Positions 46,998 to 55,106 of a DNA stretch of 64,000 nucleotides are shown here, one piece after another. The position numbers and the translations under genes were made by a program. The DNA comes from an uncultured virus (IMG/VR IMGVR_UViG_3300048576_000363). Taxonomy: Duplodnaviria; Heunggongvirae; Uroviricota; Caudoviricetes. The stretch is taken from positions 62,001-126,000 of IMG/VR virus record IMGVR_UViG_3300048576_000363. One strand, 5' to 3'. How positions within the stretch are numbered: the first letter of the stretch is position 1; every line of letters begins with the position of its first letter. Below the pieces are notes generated by a model. That model worked only from the letters and a program-made list of their open reading frames with translations, was not told the DNA's origin and ran no database searches.

Positions 46998-47443
46998 TAT
47001 GATTCCTCCGTTGTTTCACCATCAAACTCTTCATCATCTTCTAAAGCATCTTTTTTTGTTTTATGAATTGTCTTATCTTTATGATGAGGTGGTGAATATA
47101 TACTATACATTTTTAAATCTTCTTTACCAGTATTTACTATGTTGTGTGTTGCACCTGCAGGAACTACTACAGCTGATCCATTTTTTAAAGCATAAGAAGC
47201 ACCATTAATTATTGCTTTACCTGAACCAGAATCAACTCTAAAAAATTGATCAACATCATGTACTTCTTCGCCAATATCTTCACCAGATTTTAACGACATC
47301 AAAACAAGTTGACAATTTTCAGCTGTATAAAGGACTTTTCTAAAATTCGTATTATCTACTGTATTTTTTTCAATATCAGTAACAAATCCTTTTGCTTTTG
47401 ATTCCTTAAATAAATTGCTAAAAACATTTGACTCGTATCTCAT
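46997..47443 (-). CDS. Cupin-domain protein
   Basis: NFRKVLYT..QLVLMSL..GEDIGEEVH..DQFF..VPAG..HN..YSPPHH; start at ATG 47443 with AAGGA SD. Confidence 0.85.
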   Translation of the reverse strand: MRYESNVFSNLFKESKAKGFVTDIEKNTVDNTNFRKVLYTAENCQLVLMSLKSGEDIGEEVHDVDQFFRVDSGSGKAIINGASYALKNGSAVVVPAGATHNIVNTGKEDLKMYSIYSPPHHKDKTIHKTKKDALEDDEEFDGETTEES

Positions 47444-47453
47444 TTTTATTTCC

Positions 47454-47942
47454 TTATACAACTTCAGAATCTTCAAAATGTGGATAATCCTTGAAATTTT
47501 TCCAAGAACCTCCCCAAACAAGACCAACACTTTCTCCAATTTTACCAGCTTCAAAATAATCGCATATTTCGTTTTGGTTTACATTAACTTTCAAATCCCA
47601 AGTTGCTTTTCCATCTTTTGTGATAGCTATATCGAAAGCTCTTGATTTGTCGTTTTCTGTAACACTATCATCTAAATCTATTAAATGTTTACTTTTTAAC
47701 GTTGATGTCACTTTATTTTGTGCTTCAGAAGCAGAAATTGGAGCAAGACCAGCAATTTTTCTGATAATATTTACTCTATCTGGAGGTTGACGACCTTGCG
47801 CATACAACGCTTGCTGTTCTTTCACTGTTCTTGCTGTACATGTAACAACAAAAGGTATCTTAGCAGCGTCCATCTTTTCTTTAAAAAGAGCAAATTTCTT
47901 CTGCATTGACAATGTTAAATCTTCTATTTTTCTTGATGCCAT
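47454..47942 (-). CDS. Endolysin, peptidase M15 (L-Ala-D-Glu endopeptidase, CwlK/Ply500-like)
   Basis: RT..EQ.ALYAQGR..SKH..AFDI..WGGSW..FKDYPHFE. Confidence 0.85.
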   Translation of the reverse strand: MASRKIEDLTLSMQKKFALFKEKMDAAKIPFVVTCTARTVKEQQALYAQGRQPPDRVNIIRKIAGLAPISASEAQNKVTSTLKSKHLIDLDDSVTENDKSRAFDIAITKDGKATWDLKVNVNQNEICDYFEAGKIGESVGLVWGGSWKNFKDYPHFEDSEVV

Positions 47943-47944
47943 AG

Positions 47945-49372
47945 TTATGCTACCTGATAAGAATCAATTGACACGCCTTCATTTTTCTGAAATTGCTTTT
48001 GTATTTTATTACTATCTGCTTTAGAATTAAGTTGTTGGAGAGCAAGCAATGCATCTTCCCAATATATCCCTTTGTCAATCAAAGTTTTAAGTTCACTAAC
48101 AAGTTTGTCATAGTCTGTAGAATTTCTTGTTTTTACAAGTTTTTTTATTTCTTCTCGATTCAAAGCAATAATTTGACTTGCAACTTTCTTAATGTTATTG
48201 TTTAAAACAGATGCAGTTTTGATTTGTGCTTTTTCCATAAAATGTTTTTGTACTGAAGCTTTAATTTCGATTGTCGTTTGACCAGGAAAGAAATTTTCAC
48301 GAATAATTTCGCATGCTTCTTTTAAACAATCAATAGTTTCTTTGTTTTCGTTTGTTGCAAGAATTTTAGCAGTATTTACAGTTTCAACAACATGAGAACC
48401 AGTAAAATCTTTTGAAAGGGAAATAATATCATCATCAACATTCTTACTCAGATGTTTAAAATACATCATTTTTAAATTTTCAGCATTTGGTAGACCAATT
48501 TCAATTCTTCTATCAAAACGACAAGGTCTTGAAGATAAAGCAGAATCAAGCATCTCGATTTTGTTCGTAGAAGCCATAACTACAAGTGGTTCTCCAAATT
48601 TTCTCATACCATCAAGATTTGTAAGGAGATCACCAAGTTGATTTGATGCTGTAAAATTATCTCTATTACCACTCATAAAATCTATATCTTCAAAAGCTAG
48701 AACTGTTGGTCCAAGATAAGCAAGAAACTCAAATAATTTGCTTACAGCCATATATCTAAAAGATTCAGCTGTAACATAAATTCTACTTACATTTTTCTTA
48801 TCAAGATCATTAAAAACAGCTTTAACTATCGATGTTTTACCTGTTCCAGGAGGACCATACATAACAAGTCCTCGCTTATTTACTCCTGAAGCAGCAAATT
48901 TTGAATTTCCTAGAAAATCAGAAGTATTTAAACGAATATCTTTTTTTGCTTTTTCAGAAAGAACTACATCGTCCCAAGATACTTTAGGAACATCTTTAAA
49001 AAACATAGTTTCTTTCTCAGAATACAAACATTTTCCTCTATACTGGTTTTTCTTAACCATATCCATTTCAAAATTATCAATCCATTGTTTTGCTTCTTCA
49101 CGTGATTGAGCAAAACAATTTACATTGAAACTTCCATATTGCATATAAGCAGTTATAATTTTGTTATCATAAACAGCTGAAATATTTTCAATTGCAGGCA
49201 TTGTCTCATACACATCAATTTGCAAATCGTCAACAGCAGGTTTTTTTCCAAAATCTACGCTTGTAGCAATTTTTGGAGCTTGCTCTTTTATCAAATTTGT
49301 TAATGTATACTTTGCTATTGGAACTAGTAAACCATCATATGCTCGTGATACTGCTGTGAGTCCAAGAATCAT
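47945..49372 (-). CDS. AAA+ ATPase with a C-terminal extension
   Basis: GPPGTGKT, LAFEDID, LLTNLDG, STN, RPCRFDR (SRH). Confidence 0.85.
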   Translation of the reverse strand: MILGLTAVSRAYDGLLVPIAKYTLTNLIKEQAPKIATSVDFGKKPAVDDLQIDVYETMPAIENISAVYDNKIITAYMQYGSFNVNCFAQSREEAKQWIDNFEMDMVKKNQYRGKCLYSEKETMFFKDVPKVSWDDVVLSEKAKKDIRLNTSDFLGNSKFAASGVNKRGLVMYGPPGTGKTSIVKAVFNDLDKKNVSRIYVTAESFRYMAVSKLFEFLAYLGPTVLAFEDIDFMSGNRDNFTASNQLGDLLTNLDGMRKFGEPLVVMASTNKIEMLDSALSSRPCRFDRRIEIGLPNAENLKMMYFKHLSKNVDDDIISLSKDFTGSHVVETVNTAKILATNENKETIDCLKEACEIIRENFFPGQTTIEIKASVQKHFMEKAQIKTASVLNNNIKKVASQIIALNREEIKKLVKTRNSTDYDKLVSELKTLIDKGIYWEDALLALQQLNSKADSNKIQKQFQKNEGVSIDSYQVA

Positions 49373-49401
49373 AAGTCAAACTCCTATTTTAGTTAATTTA
49401 T

Positions 49402-49791
49402 TTACGGCGCAGATATAACATCATGTCTATCAAGTTTTTCTTCAACAGGTTGTTTCTTTAACTTCAAATTTGTTATGTGATGTTCTTCAATTGGAAAAGC
49501 TTTTATTCTTTTTAAAACATCTATTACTTTCTGTTCACTTTTAGCATCTGATCTAATTTCGAGTTCAAGTAAGTTTTTACCTTTAAATGTTGGAAATTCT
49601 TCATCATTTATATCGTAAACTCTTAACTCGACAACAAGTTTGCTTAAATGACGTTTTAATTCATCAAGTTTTGATTCGTCAATTCCCCAAGAACCAAGAT
49701 CTTTAGGGTATTTTGTTGAACCTAAATGAATACTAGGGTCAATAGATGCAGCTGTTTTTAAAAGAATATCAGCCATTTCTTTTGAATTCAT
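49402..49791 (-). CDS. Putative internal head protein (leader EMADILLKTAAS)
   Basis: Shared leader; GGAG SD; exact motif copy upstream. Confidence 0.55.
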   Translation of the reverse strand: MNSKEMADILLKTAASIDPSIHLGSTKYPKDLGSWGIDESKLDELKRHLSKLVVELRVYDINDEEFPTFKGKNLLELEIRSDAKSEQKVIDVLKRIKAFPIEEHHITNLKLKKQPVEEKLDRHDVISAP

Positions 49792-49864
49792 ATTTTCTCC
49801 CGTGTGTGCACAATAAAAAACTTTTACTCAATATATAAAAGTTTAGTATGTAAAATATTTCGAA

Positions 49865-49880
49865 ATAAAAACTATAGAAA
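49865..49880 (-). promoter_or_regulatory. Candidate late-promoter motif (exact copy 2)
   Basis: ATAAAAACTATAGAAA on the + strand; intergenic. Confidence 0.55.
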
Positions 49881-49894
49881 AAATCTATCTTAAA

Positions 49895-50284
49895 TTAAGA
49901 ACTTGAGTCTAACTCATCTAAGATTTTTTTAAGATCATACTTTGGTTTTAGTTTGTATTTGTGATGTGTTTCGTCATATTCAAGAAGGGGATGTGGTGAT
50001 GTTGTATCGACAAACATTTTTATAAAATTTTCACCACCTCGAAGCAAGTCATCTCTGCTTATTGTTTTTGCAGGATTTTTAATATGATATTTCCCAACTT
50101 GACCAAAGTCAGGCAACTCTATAGTGGGTTTATCGTCACTTGTCAAGTCTTTAAGAATTTCTTTTTTTTCTTTGGGCTCAAGAAACTCAAAATATAAATC
50201 AGCGCCACCTTTCTCTTTTAAAAGAACATGTGGCATTGCTTCTTTAAGAATTTCATCGACAATTTTATGCAACTTTAAATTCAC
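49895..50284 (-). CDS. Putative internal head protein (leader KIVDEILKEA)
   Basis: GTG start with GGGAG SD; shared leader. Confidence 0.55.
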   Translation of the reverse strand: MNLKLHKIVDEILKEAMPHVLLKEKGGADLYFEFLEPKEKKEILKDLTSDDKPTIELPDFGQVGKYHIKNPAKTISRDDLLRGGENFIKMFVDTTSPHPLLEYDETHHKYKLKPKYDLKKILDELDSSS

Positions 50285-50316
50285 GTTATTCTCCCATTTA
50301 ATAAAGAATAACGTGA
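50281..50316 (-). promoter_or_regulatory. 12-bp hairpin sequestering the start codon of 49895-50284
   Basis: TCACGTTATTCT (50281-50292) / AGAATAACGTGA (50305-50316); the mRNA 3' arm contains the GTG. Confidence 0.6.
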
Positions 50317-50327
50317 GAATAAAAACA

Positions 50328-50483
50328 TTATAAAACTTGAAATTCTTCTAATTGAACATGTACTGGTTGCAAACAGTTTACCTTTTCCCAACACTCAAAC
50401 GAGCAAAAACCATCATCAGCGTCAGTATCTTCAACGTGATACGTTTTATTACAATCAGGATTTGAGCATTTTGATTGAGACAT
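50328..50483 (-). CDS. Small Cys-rich Zn-finger protein (51 aa)
   Basis: Read by hand: MSQSKCSNPDC..GFCSFECWE..; AAGGAG SD. Confidence 0.65.
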   Translation of the reverse strand: MSQSKCSNPDCNKTYHVEDTDADDGFCSFECWEKVNCLQPVHVQLEEFQVL

Positions 50484-50510
50484 GTTTACTCCTTGTTAAA
50501 GTTTGTATTT

Positions 50511-53500
50511 TCAACCGCATCCTGAATAGTCAGCGCAATCAATGCACTTGAAACATCCAGCCTGCATTACTACTCTACCACCACATTGCGGACATTTTAA
50601 ACCTTTTAATTCAATACCATCACTTAATGTTTGTGATAAAAACTTTCTAACTGCTGTTAATAATGTAGAAATATTATCTCCATCAATTCCCATAAGAGAA
50701 ACAAGAATATCTTCTCTTGGAATATTATGTCGCAAACACAACGATATCATTCTACCAAGTCTGTTGTGAGGATAGTCAATATTTGCTTTACCAACTGTCT
50801 CTTTTACAATTTCATCAGAGACACCACAAGATAAAGCAAGTTTAGTTAAATTACGAGATGCTTTGTTACAAACTTTAAGTTCTTCGCCACCATATTGAGA
50901 ATTCGTATAAATCCAGATACAAATAGGAAATTCTTTACGAGAATCTTCAGGCAAATAAGAGAAATGCAAATAAAACTTCTTGCCTTCTCTCTTAATTATA
51001 TGAGTATCACCATTTATAAAAACATCAGGAAGTTTAATATCTTTTGCAATAATTTCTCGTTTTTCAGCTTTACCTATGTCTGATAAAACAGATTCCATAG
51101 AGCCTTCTCTATAAGTAGTAAAACCATTAAGGCCTAACTTCCAAGCTTTCAAATAAAGCTGTTTAAAATCTTCAAACGGATATTCATTTGGAAGGTTTGC
51201 TGTTTTACTAGTACTTTGATTATTATAAAACTGAACTACAGCTTGAATTGCAAGATGGTCATCAATATTCAAATCTTTAGTAGTAATTAAATATTTAGAA
51301 TGATCTTGTTCTGGAAAATTATCAAGTAACCATTGGTAACCATAATCTCTAACAATATTTATTTTACACAAACCTCGGTTATGAGGTTCATAGTAATATT
51401 CATAGTCACCAAATCTCCCTCTCCAATATTCATAATCTTTTTCTTTATAATGTTTAAGAATTTGTTTAACATTATCTTGACTCAAATCTTCTGGCCATGT
51501 TTGACAAACAACTTTCCTCTCATACTCGATTAAATAAACAGGCTCAATCCCGTTACTTGTAACATCAGATAAAATAGAACTATTACCAAGAGGTGGTACT
51601 GTTGTTGTTTTTGCATTTCTTGCACCATATTTTTTTAACAATTCGCGTGTTTCATCTGTTATTCTAGAAGAATTAAAAAATTCTGTTGCTTCAAATTGTT
51701 CTTTTATATATGCTCCAAAAACACCCTTTTCTTTTGCAAGTAATGCTGATGTTTGCCAAGTAAGGTTTTCTTTCAATTGACAGATTTTTTTTGCAAATTC
51801 TACAGCTTCTTTACTGTTGTAAGGGATTCTTAACATCATCAACGCTGAACCAAGTCCATTAATACCCATACCTATTTGACGTAGATTGTCTATAACCCAT
51901 TGATAACTTGGAAGTGGTGCATAAGTCAAATCATTAACGTTGTCTAACATTCTTGTAAAAATTCTAATATCTTCAATATACTCGTCAAAATCAAAATAAG
52001 TAGTTCCATCAGTTTTAATTCTGACATATTGTGTTAAATTCAAAGAACCAAGGAGACAAACAGTCCCTATACTTGCAATACCAGGAACTTCCCCACAATT
52101 ATTAACACATATTCCACTACTTCTTAAGAATTTATCGTCATTCCAAGAAGTAAGAACGATATAATTGTGATTGTCATCAACGGTTATATTGTAAACGTCT
52201 TCGTAACCATGAAACTCTACTTTCTTGACTTTATGATTGAAAAATGCTTCTGTTTCAAGTAAATTAGAAAATTCAGTATAATTGCTACAATTAAATTCTT
52301 TTTGTCTAAATTTTTGCGGATATGGTAAGTTATTTGATTTACAAAATCCAAATAATTCTTGTCTTTTAGGTTTTCTTCCTATGCTTCTAGTAAAACCTAC
52401 AAAATGCGATAAAAGCTCTTTTGATGTTATTTCATATGCTCTACCATTTTTTAAGCCTGATGTAGCTTTACTCATATTTTCACGATATTTCTGCTTATCT
52501 CGTAATCTATACATAGGATTGTTTTTACCAGATATATCGTGAAAACTTTGATGTTCTTGCTTTGTACACTTGACAAGGAACTCAGGTCTATCATCTAAAG
52601 AATTAAAATTACTATGATGAATTCTATCGTCTTTAGTTATCTCTATATCTGGATTAAAAAATTCAAATATTAATCTGTATTGTCTTCTACTTAATCTTAA
52701 ACCATTTGAGCGTTTTTTGTTTGAAGTATAAGAAATTTGACGATAACCATTACTTTCATGTGAATTAAAAGGAAGAAGACTTTCTCCTGGTTTTAAGTTT
52801 TTTAACTCGACATCACCCTTATATCTTGTAGGTATTTTATGGTCGGGTGTTGCAATAAAAACTGAATCATCATCGAGTGTAAGCTTCCAAACTTCTCTTT
52901 GTTCACCAGTAATTCTTGGGTTTCTACCCATCTTAATTTCAACTTTATCTGTGAGTTTATTTCTTGAATAAACTGGTAAATCTTTTCCTTCTTGCGCCAA
53001 TTGCTTGATTGACACGCCATTTCTGCCATCAGCTGTAGCAATAATTGAACTACCTATTATGCAAGGGTTTGTCGCTGTTACTCGACCAAGATAAGCAATA
53101 GGATTGTTCCTCATCATATTGTCAGCAAATAAAACACCAGGTTCAGCTCTATCATAACACGATAGCATTATCAAGTCGTAAAGTTCTCTTGCTTTTATTC
53201 TCTTGAAAACTTTTCCATTAAAACTTTGTTCAAAAAAATCATCATTCTCTACAGCTTTCAAGAAATCATCAGTTAAAACAACAGAAATATTGAATTTTGT
53301 AAGTTCACCAGAAGTTTGTTTTGCTCTAACAAATTCTTCACAGTCAGGATGTGTAACGCTTAAAGCAGCAAGCATTGCTCCTTTTCGTATTGCATTTTTT
53401 ATAACTGTTTTTGCTTCTTGAAATTTATCGTCGCCTAAATAATTTTTGATTTTATCTACATAACCATCAGCATCACCTTGAACAATACATTGCGAAACGG

Positions 53501-54059
53501 CATCCCATATTTTCATATAAGCAACAACGCCAGGGTGCTTGATACCAGTTCCTTTTATAATAGAACTTCGAGGCCTAATAAAATCAAAACTTAATCCGTA
53601 ACCACCTTCTGATGCAAGTGTTTTTGCTTGCTCTACAATAGTCAAAAATATGTTTATTAAATCATCAGGGGTATCATCAGTTTCATATTCAATTGGAAAC
53701 TTGATTAAGCCATTGTCAGTTTCACGCTTGTATGAGACTTTAGCATTACTAATGGGAGCAGCAACAAAACAATTTAACAATGTTGCTTTCTCGAAAATTG
53801 TACCTACGTTAGCAGTTATTCTACCACCAGTTGTACATTTAAGACCTACAGGTTCGTTTTCAATAGTACGAACTAAAGTGTTAAAAAACTTATCTACCCA
53901 ATCTTCAGGTTTTTTTTCAACAGAAGCAAGTGCTTGAGCAACTCTAAAAAAAGTTTCTTTAGGTGTTTCATTGTTATATCTGTATTTTGATGTCCAGATT
54001 TCTCTAGCAAGTTCAGTTTTGAACATGATTAGTTTTTCCTTAGCGTTAATAGCGTTCAA
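50511..54059 (-). CDS. nrdJ: Class II (B12-dependent) ribonucleotide reductase with an intein
   Basis: GGRI.AN, NCFV, EGGYG, EPGVLF, TNP/CGE, CLLGSLNL, PPLGNSS, TSNGIEP, SKTANLP; C-terminal Zn ribbon; no beta subunit nearby. The true start may be the second Met (AAGGA SD). Confidence 0.85.
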   Translation of the reverse strand: MNAINAKEKLIMFKTELAREIWTSKYRYNNETPKETFFRVAQALASVEKKPEDWVDKFFNTLVRTIENEPVGLKCTTGGRITANVGTIFEKATLLNCFVAAPISNAKVSYKRETDNGLIKFPIEYETDDTPDDLINIFLTIVEQAKTLASEGGYGLSFDFIRPRSSIIKGTGIKHPGVVAYMKIWDAVSQCIVQGDADGYVDKIKNYLGDDKFQEAKTVIKNAIRKGAMLAALSVTHPDCEEFVRAKQTSGELTKFNISVVLTDDFLKAVENDDFFEQSFNGKVFKRIKARELYDLIMLSCYDRAEPGVLFADNMMRNNPIAYLGRVTATNPCIIGSSIIATADGRNGVSIKQLAQEGKDLPVYSRNKLTDKVEIKMGRNPRITGEQREVWKLTLDDDSVFIATPDHKIPTRYKGDVELKNLKPGESLLPFNSHESNGYRQISYTSNKKRSNGLRLSRRQYRLIFEFFNPDIEITKDDRIHHSNFNSLDDRPEFLVKCTKQEHQSFHDISGKNNPMYRLRDKQKYRENMSKATSGLKNGRAYEITSKELLSHFVGFTRSIGRKPKRQELFGFCKSNNLPYPQKFRQKEFNCSNYTEFSNLLETEAFFNHKVKKVEFHGYEDVYNITVDDNHNYIVLTSWNDDKFLRSSGICVNNCGEVPGIASIGTVCLLGSLNLTQYVRIKTDGTTYFDFDEYIEDIRIFTRMLDNVNDLTYAPLPSYQWVIDNLRQIGMGINGLGSALMMLRIPYNSKEAVEFAKKICQLKENLTWQTSALLAKEKGVFGAYIKEQFEATEFFNSSRITDETRELLKKYGARNAKTTTVPPLGNSSILSDVTSNGIEPVYLIEYERKVVCQTWPEDLSQDNVKQILKHYKEKDYEYWRGRFGDYEYYYEPHNRGLCKINIVRDYGYQWLLDNFPEQDHSKYLITTKDLNIDDHLAIQAVVQFYNNQSTSKTANLPNEYPFEDFKQLYLKAWKLGLNGFTTYREGSMESVLSDIGKAEKREIIAKDIKLPDVFINGDTHIIKREGKKFYLHFSYLPEDSRKEFPICIWIYTNSQYGGEELKVCNKASRNLTKLALSCGVSDEIVKETVGKANIDYPHNRLGRMISLCLRHNIPREDILVSLMGIDGDNISTLLTAVRKFLSQTLSDGIELKGLKCPQCGGRVVMQAGCFKCIDCADYSGCG
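52098..53063 (-). mobile_element. Intein (322 aa) with an HNH-type endonuclease, inserted just before the catalytic Cys of NrdJ
   Basis: TNP|CIIGSSIIATADG...TPDHKI...DVYNITVDDNHNY...ICVNN|CGE; internal IHHSNFNSLDDRPEFL..EHQSFH. Confidence 0.9.
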
Positions 54060-54228
54060 ATTCTTTTATGTGAGTGGAGAGTAATTCCGAAGTAAAAATT
54101 AATGCTTGAAGCTCTTTGTTAGTGAACTTAAATCGTTCTACTTTTTCATTAGAACCTTCAATGATATTTCCAATATGTTCTAATGCATTAATGAAATCTT
54201 GTTTTTTTTCTAAAAGTTTGTCATTCAT
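54046..54228 (-). CDS. Hypothetical protein
   Basis: ATGA-coupled to the upstream Zn-ribbon ORF. Confidence 0.55.
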   Translation of the reverse strand: MNDKLLEKKQDFINALEHIGNIIEGSNEKVERFKFTNKELQALIFTSELLSTHIKEFERY

Positions 54229-54380
54229 GATAAAGATTCTTCGTGTATGTTTAATATATCTTTATGCTCATAACCACAGTTTAAACAAATAGAGACTTTC
54301 AATACTTTTTGAAAGTCTCCTTCAACATTTTTTGTATCGACTTTAATTTTTGAAGAACCGCATTTTGCACATGTTTTCAT
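54225..54380 (-). CDS. Small Zn-ribbon protein (51 aa)
   Basis: Read by hand: MKTCAKCGS...ICLNCGYE..; AGGAG SD. Confidence 0.65.
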   Translation of the reverse strand: MKTCAKCGSSKIKVDTKNVEGDFQKVLKVSICLNCGYEHKDILNIHEESLS

Positions 54381-54515
54381 TTTTTAATCTCCTTTAATAT
54401 TTCTATAAAAAGGAGCAATAAAAACACTAAAAAAACAAGTCTTTTGTTTATCAAAAGTAATAAGAAAAGAGAACTACGTTATGTCTGGAAGTGAATATTA
54501 GAAGCTAAAAGAAGA

Positions 54516-55091
54516 TTAATCTACATCAATTCCTTGCTCAACAAGTTTTTTTGCAGCTAAAAATTCTTGCGGATTATAACCTTTGAGTTTCTCTAACCAA
54601 TTCTCGTTATCTGGCAGTTTTTGCATTATTGTATATAATTCATCAAAACTAATAGGCATAAAACTATTGTTATCTACACCTACGTCATAAGATTTTCCCA
54701 AAGATGCTAATTCACCATGTGAGTGTCCATAACAATGCCAAGAATTAAAATGTGATTTTTCCCAAACGCGCATTGCAAAATGACAAAGAACTATAGTAGT
54801 TTTTTCTATTACAATAGTTTTCATCTTATGAACACTACTAAATCCTGTTAAATCACCTTTGTCGTGATTCCCTTCAATCAGAATAATGTTCCCGTTTAAT
54901 CTTCTTAAATAAATCAAAGGGTTCTTAAAGGAGAAATCTCCAAGGTGATAGACTGTGTCTGTCTTACTCACAACAGAATTCCAATTTTTTATTATTGTCT
55001 CATCCATTTCATCGACAGAAGCAAAAGGACGGTTACAATATCTAATTATATTATCATGACCAAGATGTGTATCAGCTGTAAAAAAAAACAT
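54516..55091 (-). CDS. Calcineurin-like metallophosphoesterase
   Basis: DTHLGH, LGDF, GNHD, LCH, GHSH, DVGVD. Confidence 0.9.
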   Translation of the reverse strand: MFFFTADTHLGHDNIIRYCNRPFASVDEMDETIIKNWNSVVSKTDTVYHLGDFSFKNPLIYLRRLNGNIILIEGNHDKGDLTGFSSVHKMKTIVIEKTTIVLCHFAMRVWEKSHFNSWHCYGHSHGELASLGKSYDVGVDNNSFMPISFDELYTIMQKLPDNENWLEKLKGYNPQEFLAAKKLVEQGIDVD

Positions 55092-55106
55092 AAAACCTCA
55101 TAAAAA

